From Candidatus Micrarchaeota archaeon (GTDB lineage: Archaea; Micrarchaeota; Micrarchaeia; Micrarchaeales; CABMGC01), in NCBI GenBank assembly GCA_021797745.1, contig JAJZZD010000005.1, positions 1,438 to 65,437 of the forward strand: a stretch of DNA of 64,000 nucleotides, written 5' to 3'. The translations under genes were made by a program, and so were the position numbers. Below are positions 12,222 through 20,211 of the stretch, in pieces. The number at the start of each line of letters is the position of its first letter. Positions within the stretch are counted from its first letter, which is position 1. The notes under the pieces are model-generated. The model was not told the origin of the DNA and did not search any database. It saw only the letters and a list, made by a program, of their open reading frames with translations.

Positions 12222-13541
12222 ATGGCACCAAAAAAAATAATCATAATAGGAGCTGCTGGCCGCGACTTTCACTGTTTTAATACGTTATTCAGGGGCAACA
12301 AAGAGTGTGAAGTTGTTGCGTTCACCGCTGCCCAGATTCCTTACATTTCCGGAAGGAAATATCCGAAGGAGCTGAGCGGAAGGCTTTATCCGAAAGGCAT
12401 ACAGATATACGACGAAAGTGAGCTGCCAGGGCTTATAAAAAATTTACATGCGGACGCCTGCATCCTCGCTTACAGCGACTTGCCCTATGCTGCGGTTATG
12501 CACAAGGCCAGCCTCGTAAATGCATGCGGAGCTGATTTCTGGCTTATGACTCCCGAATCAAGCATGCTAAAATCAACAAAACCAGTCATAGCGGTGTGCG
12601 CAGTAAGAACCGGCGCTGGCAAAAGCCCCACTACAAGGTATATTGCAAAGAAGCTCAGGGACATGGGAAAAAAGGTGGTGATAATAAGGCACCCGATGCC
12701 TTACGGAATATTGAAAGAGCAAGTAGTAGAGCGCTTCGCAAGCATAAAGGACCTTGATAAGTACAAAACAACTATCGAAGAAAGGGAGGATTACGAGCCC
12801 CACATAATGAACAGGTTCATCGTATACGCGGGCGTCGACTACGAAAAAATTCTCAGGAAGGCTGAAAAAGAGGCAGATGTAATAATTTGGGATGGCGGCA
12901 ATAACGACGCGCCGTTCATAAAGCCGGATTTATTCATAGCGATTGCCGACCCGCTTAGGCCGGGGAATGAGATTGCATATTATCCAGGAGAAACCGTAGC
13001 CAGGATGGCTGATTTTTTGATAATAAACAAGGCAAATTCGGCAAAGAAAAAAGACATTGAAGAAGTACGCAGCAATTTGAAAGAGATAAACAAAAAAGCA
13101 CACATAATGCTTGCGGATTCCATCGTAAGCGCAGACAATCCAAACGAGATACGTGGTAAAAGTGTGCTTTTGGTTGAGGATGGGCCAACAATAACGCATG
13201 GAAACATGACATTCGGAGCCGCAACAGTAGCAGCCAAACAATATCATGCCAAAAAAATAATAAATGCAAAGGAGTATGCAGTTGGCAGCATAAAACAGAC
13301 TTATGAAAAGTACAAAACACTTGGAAGAGAATTGCCTGCAATGGGATATAGTGCAAAGCAAATAAAAGACCTTGAAACAACGATTAACAGGGCCGATTGC
13401 GACACAGTGGTTTCCGCTACGCCTACCAACATAAGGCATCTGATAAACGTGAACAAGCCGATTGTGCAGGTTAGCTATGAAATCAGGCCCAGAAGCACAG
13501 AATTAGACGAAGCAATAAATAAGTTGGCAAAATCAATATAA
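12222..13541 (+). CDS. COG2403-like P-loop protein (predicted GTPase / cyclic-2,3-diphosphoglycerate-synthetase-related family)
   Basis: Starts MAPKKIIIIGAAGRDFHCFN. Central Walker A-like VRTGAGKSPT. About 440 aa. The track's TTG start at 12132 was replaced by the first ATG at 12222. Family assignment is from memory of the COG2403 architecture. Confidence 0.55.
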   Translation: MAPKKIIIIGAAGRDFHCFNTLFRGNKECEVVAFTAAQIPYISGRKYPKELSGRLYPKGIQIYDESELPGLIKNLHADACILAYSDLPYAAVMHKASLVNACGADFWLMTPESSMLKSTKPVIAVCAVRTGAGKSPTTRYIAKKLRDMGKKVVIIRHPMPYGILKEQVVERFASIKDLDKYKTTIEEREDYEPHIMNRFIVYAGVDYEKILRKAEKEADVIIWDGGNNDAPFIKPDLFIAIADPLRPGNEIAYYPGETVARMADFLIINKANSAKKKDIEEVRSNLKEINKKAHIMLADSIVSADNPNEIRGKSVLLVEDGPTITHGNMTFGAATVAAKQYHAKKIINAKEYAVGSIKQTYEKYKTLGRELPAMGYSAKQIKDLETTINRADCDTVVSATPTNIRHLINVNKPIVQVSYEIRPRSTELDEAINKLAKSI

Positions 13542-13556
13542 GCGCTTAACTGCTTT

Positions 13557-13630
13557 GGGTCCGTAACTCAGATTGGTAGAGTGGCTGGCTCTTAACCAGC
13601 AAGCCGTGGGTCCAAATCCCACCGGGCCCG
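13557..13630 (+). tRNA. tRNA-Lys (anticodon CUU)
   Basis: Manual cloverleaf. Acceptor GGGTCCG/CGGGCCC (one G.U), D-arm ACTC..GAGT, anticodon arm GCTGG-CTCTTAA-CCAGC, T-arm GTGGG-TCCAAAT-CCCAC, discriminator G. No encoded CCA. The T-loop has C at position 55. Confidence 0.8.
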
Positions 13631-13771
13631 CAGTTTAAGGGTTTTGATTCTGACAATAAGGCTAATATATCAGTTCGTACATAATATGATTGCAAACCCA
13701 GCAAGGCGACAAAACAGTGCTGCGTTACAGAATAACAAAATTGCGTAAATAAATTGCATTTTTAACGCACC

Positions 13772-13779
13772 TTTATATA
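13772..13779 (+). promoter_or_regulatory. TATA box TTTATATA upstream of tfe
   Basis: Matches the archaeal TATA consensus TTTAWATA. About 26 nt downstream lies the TTG at 13801, so a leaderless longer TFE isoform is possible. The first ATG is at 13882. Confidence 0.4.
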
Positions 13780-13881
13780 TGAGGAGAGGCAAATATCATA
13801 TTGAAGGCAAAGCAGACGGATATTAAGCAACATTTCTGTTACGCCTGCTTTGTATCTTCCAACCAAAATTCCCGTGATAAA

Positions 13882-14655
13882 ATGCCCACAGCGCACAAAC
13901 ATAATAACGCAAAGAACAAAACAGCCGCTAATAAAAGGAAAGTCGAGCGTAGCACTGCAAAGAAGGCCAGATCCGTTCCGAAAAAGCACACTAAAAAGGT
14001 TAGTGTAAACGTCAAGACAAAGAAACTGTTGAAAACTGCCAAAAAAGCCAAGATATCAGCTAAGATAAAAAGCAATACAAGGCAAAAAGAAAATATAAAG
14101 CATAAGTCAAAGAGAGCACTCCTGCTTGAACAAGCGGCAATAGAAGAGCATAGCAAGACTGTAGAGGTAGTTAAAAACATAGCCAACAACGATGCGTTCA
14201 ACAGGTTCCTTTCCCAAAATATAGGCAAAAGGGCTTCAGATGTTATTCAACTGCTCGAAACGCCAAAGACGGATGATTCCCTTGCAGAGTCGCTTTCTAT
14301 AAAGATAAATGAGGTTAGGCGCATGCTGAACGTACTCAGCAGCTACGGGCTTGTAAGATATGATTCGCACAAAGACAATCAGGGTTGGCTGACCTTCAGC
14401 TGGCACATCAATACTGAAAAAATGAAGGAGTTCGGCGACAGCCTCAAAACAACATCAAGCTCTGAAGAAAACTATAACCTGCCTGAAAACTGCAATGACT
14501 TTTTCTATTGCAGCAAATGTTATTCAGTTCAAAAACTCATACTGCCGTTCGATTCCGCGTTTGAATCCGATTTTAAATGCGATTGCGGAAGAAAGTTGAA
14601 CCAGCTGAACAGAGAGCAAGTAATTCAAATGTTCAAACAAGGGCCAGAGCAATAA
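13882..14655 (+). CDS. tfe: Transcription factor E (TFE-alpha / TFIIE-alpha homolog) with a lysine-rich N-terminal extension
   Basis: The winged-helix core (DVIQLLETPKTDDSLAESLSIKINEVRRMLNVLSSYGLVRY...GWLTFSW) and a zinc ribbon (CSKC...CDCG) match TFE. They are preceded by about 85 aa of K/A/T-rich low-complexity sequence. Confidence 0.8.
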   Translation: MPTAHKHNNAKNKTAANKRKVERSTAKKARSVPKKHTKKVSVNVKTKKLLKTAKKAKISAKIKSNTRQKENIKHKSKRALLLEQAAIEEHSKTVEVVKNIANNDAFNRFLSQNIGKRASDVIQLLETPKTDDSLAESLSIKINEVRRMLNVLSSYGLVRYDSHKDNQGWLTFSWHINTEKMKEFGDSLKTTSSSEENYNLPENCNDFFYCSKCYSVQKLILPFDSAFESDFKCDCGRKLNQLNREQVIQMFKQGPEQ

Positions 14656-14659
14656 ACGC

Positions 14660-14685
14660 TTTTATTTGCAGACCTTTTCCTTTTT
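14660..14685 (+). terminator. Oligo-T tracts downstream of tfe
   Basis: TTTTATTT, TTTT and TTTTT occur within 30 nt after the TAA at 14653-14655. Archaeal RNA polymerase terminates at oligo-T. Confidence 0.4.
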
Positions 14686-14763
14686 GCATTATTGTCGACA
14701 TAAGCGTATGTACAACAAGGAATAAAAACGTAATTATCCTTATTAATTACACAGGGCGATGCT

Positions 14764-15132
14764 TTGGCCGAAAACAAAAATATTACAAAACAAATCAGCA
14801 GAAGGCGCGTATTCCTGTTCATATTCGCCTTCTTATTCATAGGAATGCTTCTTGACGTGATGGCTGAATTAGATGTGCTTGCCTACGCACTGGATGACAT
14901 AGCGATTGTATCGCTTTCCGCAATAGGCATATTGTTGATGGCATACATGCGCAAAGACACATCTTCAAAGAAGCTTGAACTGCAGAACAACATAATGCTC
15001 GTGCTAGTAGTAGCCATGATACTTTTTCAGATAGTAGGCATATTTGTGGAGCTGAAAAGTCCGGAAGATTTTGGAGACGACATACCCGTATTAATAGGGC
15101 TTGTGCTTGCATTAGTCAACAGATTTTGGTGA
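14764..15132 (+). CDS. Small membrane protein (3-4 TM), unknown function
   Basis: 122-aa ORF with a TTG start. The first helix (VFLFIFAFLFIGMLL) would be cut by any downstream ATG. No recognisable family. Confidence 0.4.
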   Translation: MAENKNITKQISRRRVFLFIFAFLFIGMLLDVMAELDVLAYALDDIAIVSLSAIGILLMAYMRKDTSSKKLELQNNIMLVLVVAMILFQIVGIFVELKSPEDFGDDIPVLIGLVLALVNRFW

Positions 15133-15191
15133 AACGCGTGCGCTTTTGTTTTGCAAACTCTTTTATTATGCAACAGTTAATGTTTTAGCGA

Positions 15192-15266
15192 AGCGAGGTA
15201 GGGTAGCCTGGAGTGCCCGCCGGGCTCATAACCCGGAGATCGGTGGTCCAAATCCACCCCTCGCTA
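15192..15266 (+). tRNA. Initiator tRNA-Met (anticodon CAU)
   Basis: A1:U72 acceptor pair (AGCGAGG/CCTCGCT) and three consecutive G:C pairs at the bottom of the anticodon stem (CCGGG-CTCATAA-CCCGG) are archaeal initiator hallmarks. The T-arm GGTGG-TCCAAAT-CCACC has C55. Discriminator A, no encoded CCA. Confidence 0.8.
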
Positions 15267-15400
15267 TGTAACACCCCGCAGTTCCACTAATCGCTAATCT
15301 TTTATTATATTATATTATTATCAAGACAACTACAACATAATAAACAAAAAGAATAAATAGAACAGAATAGTGGAATTAAGGGGTTGTAAGAGGCAATAGC

Positions 15401-15874
15401 ATGACAAGTGACATAACGCCTTCGCTGATTTTCAACGTGCTTTCTAAAGAAACAAGTACCGGCGAACTCCAACCTCTTCAAGAAGATTTTTTTGATAAAG
15501 CTGAAGAATACTTAGAAAAAAACAGCAAGTCAGGAGACATGGACATGCAGCAAAACAACAACTTTAAAAAGATGCTCGCCAAATTAAAAGAACGCCGCAA
15601 GCAGAAGCTGTTGGTGTATCTTGCATACGACAAGCCACTGCCCAAACCTGTTCCCAAAAACGAAGAAAAAATGTACGAAAAGGTGCAAAAAATAATAAAT
15701 GGGACGCCTTCTGAGCAAAGCATCGCAAAAATAAAAATATCTGAAGAAATACCTGAAATAATTACGCCGCAGGGTAAGCACATCGGCCCTTTTAAAAAAG
15801 GCGAACTGGTCGACATAGACGATTCAGCCGAAGAAGCATTTATAATAAACAGCAAGATAGGAGAAAAAATGTGA
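15401..15874 (+). CDS. gins51: GINS subunit, Gins51 (Gins15)-type
   Basis: The N-terminal helical A-domain has the typical L..E..s.EL..L.EDFF pattern (LSKETSTGELQPLQEDFFDKAEEYLEK). The C-terminal B-domain reads IKISEEIPEIITPQGKHIGPFKKGELVDIDDSAEEAFIINSKIG. Domain order is A then B. Confidence 0.55.
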   Translation: MTSDITPSLIFNVLSKETSTGELQPLQEDFFDKAEEYLEKNSKSGDMDMQQNNNFKKMLAKLKERRKQKLLVYLAYDKPLPKPVPKNEEKMYEKVQKIINGTPSEQSIAKIKISEEIPEIITPQGKHIGPFKKGELVDIDDSAEEAFIINSKIGEKM

Positions 15875-15879
15875 TCGAT

Positions 15880-16161
15880 ATGAAAATAGAAAAGGAAATG
15901 AACGTGTATTGCCCTTACTGCAACAAACACACCTTGCATGCAGTCAAAATGCCCAAGAAGAACACGCAGAGAGGGTTCAGCATAGGCACAAGGAGGCACA
16001 TGAGAGCGATAAAAGGGTATGTGGGCAGCGTAGAAGTGAAGCTAAGAAACAAGAAAATCGGGAAAAAGCAGAAGGTAATGCTCGAATGCAAAATCTGCAA
16101 AAAATCAGTCGAACGTGTTGTTTCCGGCAAGGCAAAGAAAAAAATAGAAATAAAGAAGTGA
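15880..16161 (+). CDS. rpl44e: Ribosomal protein eL42 (L44e)
   Basis: MKIEKEMNVYCPYCNKHTLHAV...ECKICKKS is the two-CxxC zinc ribbon characteristic of L44e. The ATG at 15880 is preferred over the track's GTG at 15871. Confidence 0.9.
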   Translation: MKIEKEMNVYCPYCNKHTLHAVKMPKKNTQRGFSIGTRRHMRAIKGYVGSVEVKLRNKKIGKKQKVMLECKICKKSVERVVSGKAKKKIEIKK

Positions 16162-16165
16162 TTTA

Positions 16166-16921
16166 TTGATAGTTGCAAAGGAACTGCCTGCTTCGGGCGA
16201 GGTAGTTCTGGTAAAGATAAACAAAATCATGCCTCACGGCGCGTACTGTTCTTTGATAGAGTATAACGTCGATGCTTATTTGCCGATATCTGAGGTCGCG
16301 AGCGGCTGGATAAAGAACATACACGAGTTCATAAAAGAAGGTCAGCGCGAAGTAGCAAAAGTCGTTTTCATAGACCCGTCAAAAAGAGCATTGGACGTTT
16401 CACTTAAAAAAATAACGAGCAAGCAGAAAAAAGACAAAATCGGTGAATATAATTCAGAGAAAAGGGCAGAGCAGCTGTTCAGCAAGGCGCTGTCAAAACT
16501 CAGCGGCGCAGAGCTTGCAGATATCAAAAGCAGGCTTTCTCAGAAGTTCCAGACCTATGCTGATGTAATCAACGCAGCATACGAGAACCATGACTTGCTT
16601 AAGGGAACGATGAGCACAGAAGCGGCAAACCTTCTTGTGGAGATTGCGAAGAAGAACATCAAACCCAAGAGTTACACTGTAGCTTACAGGTTTGAGGTTA
16701 AGGCGCTTAATGGAAAGGGCAACATCAACACGCTCAAGGAGGCATTCGGGCTAGTGCAGAAGGCCGGGGTTTCTGTGCTTTACGAAGGCGCTCCCCATTA
16801 CAAATTCACGGCCACTAACAAGAGCTATCCCGAGGCCGAAGACATGATCAAGAAATCAAATTCTATACTTTCACAGTTCTCTGGCAAGCTTAGCGTGGCT
16901 GAGAAAGGCAAAGTGCAGTAA
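16166..16921 (+). CDS. eif2a: Translation initiation factor 2 alpha subunit (aIF2-alpha)
   Basis: N-terminal S1 domain (LPASGEVVLVKINKIMPHGAYCSLIEYNVDAYLPISEVASGWIKNIHEF), then a helical and an alpha-beta domain. TTG start fixed by N-terminal homology. Confidence 0.9.
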   Translation: MIVAKELPASGEVVLVKINKIMPHGAYCSLIEYNVDAYLPISEVASGWIKNIHEFIKEGQREVAKVVFIDPSKRALDVSLKKITSKQKKDKIGEYNSEKRAEQLFSKALSKLSGAELADIKSRLSQKFQTYADVINAAYENHDLLKGTMSTEAANLLVEIAKKNIKPKSYTVAYRFEVKALNGKGNINTLKEAFGLVQKAGVSVLYEGAPHYKFTATNKSYPEAEDMIKKSNSILSQFSGKLSVAEKGKVQ

Positions 16922-16950
16922 AGCAAGAATCTGCATGAGGGACGTGTTGA

Positions 16951-17757
16951 ATGATCAAGACAACCATATATTACAAAAAAGTAAAGCTTAACGACCCTAT
17001 TTTGATAGTAGGACTGCCTGGCGTCGGTTATGTCGGGGGACTGGTGGCTGAGCAGCTGAGAAGCAAGCTGGGAGCGAAAAAGCTCGCTACCCTGTACTCT
17101 CCGTATTTTCCCTATCAGATCATAACGCTAAAGAACGGCGGCTTCAGGCTGGTGAGCAACAGGTTCTACTACTACAAGAACAAAAACAAGAAAGGACGAG
17201 ATCTTGTAATTTTAATGGGCGACTGCCAGCCTCTTTCTCCTGAAGGGCAATACGACGTGAACGAACGCATAGTGAAATTCTTCAAAAACCTTGGGGGCAA
17301 CACCATATACACAATAGGCGGGTACAACACCGGCAACAGGAACGCAGAAAAACCACGCATATTCGGTGTTTCTTCAGACGAACAGGTCAGGACAGCGCTT
17401 TCAAAATTTGGGATAAGGTTCGGTGAGGCCGCAGGAATATCTATTCTCGGGTCTGCCGGGATGATACTCGCTTTTTCTAAGAAGCACAATGTGCAGGCGG
17501 CGTGCATAATGGGAGAAACAAATATGCTGGAAGTGGATGCAACTGCGGCAAAAAGCGTCCTTAGGGCAATGGGAGAAATACTCGACGTGCCTGTCGACTT
17601 CAAGAACCTGGACAGGATACAGAAGGACACTGAAAAAGCCATAAGAGAAATAGAAGACATATCAGGGTCCGCACTCGAGGCGCAGCAAGGCCCTGCAGGA
17701 CAGCAGGTTCAGTTTGAGAGTCAGAAAAAGAAAGAGGATTTGACCTACATAAGGTAA
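16951..17757 (+). CDS. PAC2-family proteasome assembly chaperone (PbaA/PbaB-like)
   Basis: PILIVGLPGVGYVGGLVAEQL is the signature N-terminus of the archaeal PAC2/COG1938 family. About 268 aa. Confidence 0.75.
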   Translation: MIKTTIYYKKVKLNDPILIVGLPGVGYVGGLVAEQLRSKLGAKKLATLYSPYFPYQIITLKNGGFRLVSNRFYYYKNKNKKGRDLVILMGDCQPLSPEGQYDVNERIVKFFKNLGGNTIYTIGGYNTGNRNAEKPRIFGVSSDEQVRTALSKFGIRFGEAAGISILGSAGMILAFSKKHNVQAACIMGETNMLEVDATAAKSVLRAMGEILDVPVDFKNLDRIQKDTEKAIREIEDISGSALEAQQGPAGQQVQFESQKKKEDLTYIR

Positions 17758-17839
17758 TTTATAAATGCACCTTTTCCTTATCTTCAATACCGCGGAATAA
17801 ATACTGCAATCGTCGCAGCATTTACGCTGCACATATTAC

Positions 17840-17912
17840 GCGCCAGTAGTCTAGCCTGGTAGGATTCGAGCTTCCCAAGCTCGCGACTCGGGTTCAAATC
17901 CCGGCTGGCGCA
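17840..17912 (+). tRNA. tRNA-Gly (anticodon CCC)
   Basis: Acceptor GCGCCAG/CTGGCGC, anticodon arm CGAGC-TTCCCAA-GCTCG, T-arm TCGGG-TTCAAAT-CCCGG, discriminator A. Its 3' end is 1 nt from the stop of the convergent GT2 gene. Confidence 0.9.
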
Positions 17913-17913
17913 T

Positions 17914-18762
17914 TCATGGATAATCTCCATTATGCTTTTTGTATATGAGCTCCATCAGCAGGTCAATCCCTTGTTTTCTGCCCGCGTACTTTCTATTCAA
18001 CTTTTTTATTGTTTCTGGCCTATCAAGCATTAGGTACTTTATCAAACCGTCTTTATGTATCTCTTTTGCGATGTCTTCCGTCTCTTTGGTTCTCTTCAAA
18101 TAACTCTTGCTTTTAATAAATGCAGAGAACCTGCGTAACCCCAAAATCGAGTGTTTGTTAAGATTCAGTGTTAAGAATATTTCTTTAAGAAGAAACACGT
18201 ACGGATGCTTGTAGAAAATAGCCATCCTATTGTAGTCTCTTTTGTGTTCGTAGATGTCGTGCCTGTGCACCATGTATATTTCTTTGTTTTTTATCTTGAT
18301 AGACGTTCCGTATATTATGCTTGGGTTGTGAATGAAACCAAGGTGTTCTATCTTTCCCTTCCTGAACAGCCGCGGCTGCCACGTATAAAAACTCCTCTTA
18401 GAGTTCTCATATCTTTTTATCTTGATCACGTCTACTTTTTTATCGTCTGTGATACAGCCAATTCTTTGCTTCAGCGCCGCAGAAAGCTCTTCATCAGTGT
18501 CGAGTAGAAACAGCCATTCATTTTTGCACAGGCTTATCCCGTAGTGATACGCCGGTTCGGCATAGCCTAAAGCTATAAAATCGAACACCCTGACTTTGTT
18601 CATCTGCCTTCTTTTTATCGCTCTGCGCAACGCGCTTCTATTGCTTTTTTTGCTGCTGTCGACTATCACGACTTCGTCAGCTACGTCATATATCTTTTCG
18701 ATTGCCTGAAGTGTTTCCCTGTATGGATCTATTGTGAATATCAGAAACGAAATTTTTGCCAT
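17914..18762 (-). CDS. Family-2 glycosyltransferase
   Basis: N-terminus ISFLIFTIDPYRETLQAIEKIYDVADEVVIVDSS and the DxD-type motif LLDTDEE are typical of the GT2 (GT-A fold). Confidence 0.75.
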   Translation of the reverse strand: MAKISFLIFTIDPYRETLQAIEKIYDVADEVVIVDSSKKSNRSALRRAIKRRQMNKVRVFDFIALGYAEPAYHYGISLCKNEWLFLLDTDEELSAALKQRIGCITDDKKVDVIKIKRYENSKRSFYTWQPRLFRKGKIEHLGFIHNPSIIYGTSIKIKNKEIYMVHRHDIYEHKRDYNRMAIFYKHPYVFLLKEIFLTLNLNKHSILGLRRFSAFIKSKSYLKRTKETEDIAKEIHKDGLIKYLMLDRPETIKKLNRKYAGRKQGIDLLMELIYKKHNGDYP

Positions 18763-19208
18763 TACGTCGCCTTTTATTAAGTTTTAGGAGGTTGACTAGT
18801 TTATAGCCTTTAGATCATTCTTGATGGCATTCTCAAGTACTTAATTTAATGTTTTTTGCTTTTGAATTTGATGTATGCTCTTTTATTTTTATTATTGATT
18901 TTTAACGCATTTCTCAAATTTTCTTATGACAACAAAACCTTTTGACATTCTTGTGAGCAAAAACATAGTAATCTCGTGAATTTTTACTTCTATTTTTATC
19001 TATTTTTTAATATCTTTATTACTTGTTTTCTGCTTCCAAATCTAACAAGTAGCACTATGCACTATTTTTACAAGTTTTCTTATTAGTAAAAATCACTACT
19101 GCTCTCGACTTTAACTGCATTATAATTCGATCCAAGATAGTTATATCTTTTGGGTTTACATTAGGTTTTATTTTAACTGTAATTTCTGTTATTTATTTGT
19201 CTCTGAAC

Positions 19209-19283
19209 TGCTCCCATCGGGATTTGAACCCGAGTTACGGGGTTGAAAGCCCCATGTCCTTGGCCGGACTAGACGATGGGAGC
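19209..19283 (-). tRNA. tRNA-Glu (anticodon UUC)
   Basis: The reverse complement folds as GCTCCCA / D-arm GTCT..GGAC / TGGGG-CTTTCAA-CCCCG / TCGGG-TTCAAAT-CCCGA / TGGGAGC, with discriminator A. Confidence 0.9.
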
Positions 19284-19291
19284 GTCTGCGC

Positions 19292-19876
19292 TCATTTCAT
19301 ATGAGCCTCTACTATTCTAATTATCTCCTTATTTATTTCTTCCTTGCTCTTTGAGCCATCAATTATAAAGCAATTTTTTGCTTTCTTGGCTAGTCGCATG
19401 TATTCTCTGGTCACTTTTTTAAGGAATTCTATTTTTTCAAACGCGTCAAGGTGTATTCTCGCTGTATTTAACCTACTCATGGCAGTTTCAGGTTTTATGT
19501 TTATCAGAAAAATAATATTCGGTGCTGGCATCTGTGAGTTCATCATTTTCAGCCCTTTTTCGCTTACCCCCGCGGCGATCCCATACGCTAATGTGGACAT
19601 AATATACCTGTCCTCAATGACGATTTTTCCTTCGTTCACTGCCGGTATTATTTCTTTTTCTACATGCTGCGCCCTGTCTGCTGTGAAAAGCAACTGAATC
19701 GTAGCAGGGTCCACATTTTGCGATTTGTTCAGTATGTCCTTAACAAGCCTTCCTATTTTGCTGTTTGTAGGCTCTTTTGTTTTTATGCACCTGTATTTTT
19801 CCGACAGGTATTCGTAAAGCATGTCTGCCTGTGTCGTTTTTCCAGACCCATCTATTCCCTCAAAAACTATGAACAC
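19292..19876 (-). CDS. tmk: Thymidylate kinase
   Basis: P-loop FIVFEGIDGSGKTTQ, with DRY-type and lid regions. GTG start. Confidence 0.9.
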   Translation of the reverse strand: MFIVFEGIDGSGKTTQADMLYEYLSEKYRCIKTKEPTNSKIGRLVKDILNKSQNVDPATIQLLFTADRAQHVEKEIIPAVNEGKIVIEDRYIMSTLAYGIAAGVSEKGLKMMNSQMPAPNIIFLINIKPETAMSRLNTARIHLDAFEKIEFLKKVTREYMRLAKKAKNCFIIDGSKSKEEINKEIIRIVEAHMK

Positions 19877-19935
19877 GATAACACTCGAAGTATCTATTGC
19901 AATGCATTAAAATAAAAGTCCCTAACTTCTGGGAA

Positions 19936-20211
19936 TTATTTTGAAAGATCGTTTGTTTCTTCCTTTGATGCTTCTGGAGCGTTAGCAGGTGCTGAAACAA
20001 GCACAACATCCCCCACATTCTTGACTGTCTTGTATAATATACTCTTCTGCCTCAAAGTTGTCCTGACATCCCCCTTTACCCCCTTCCAGGGCACCATCAT
20101 GAGCCTGCTAAGCTCGCCCTTTTCGAGGTCTATCACAACGTCCTGAACCTCACCTAGATACTGTCCCGAGTCACTGTATATGTCCATTCTGTAGATTTCA
20201 GATAGCAACAT
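19936..20211 (-). CDS. PRC-barrel domain protein
   Basis: 91 aa. IYSDSGQYLGEVQDVVIDLEKGELSRLMM matches the PRC-barrel pattern. Confidence 0.65.
   Translation of the reverse strand: MLLSEIYRMDIYSDSGQYLGEVQDVVIDLEKGELSRLMMVPWKGVKGDVRTTLRQKSILYKTVKNVGDVVLVSAPANAPEASKEETNDLSK

Noticed and set aside
17740-17757. HbYX proteasome-activating motif at the PAC2 chaperone C-terminus
   Set aside because: The protein ends ...LTYIR, so the Tyr is not penultimate. It does not fit hydrophobic-Tyr-X.
18763-19208. Replication origin in the AT-rich 446-bp region
   Set aside because: I saw no repeated ORB/mini-ORB-like elements and no adjacent orc1/cdc6 gene. AT-richness alone is insufficient.
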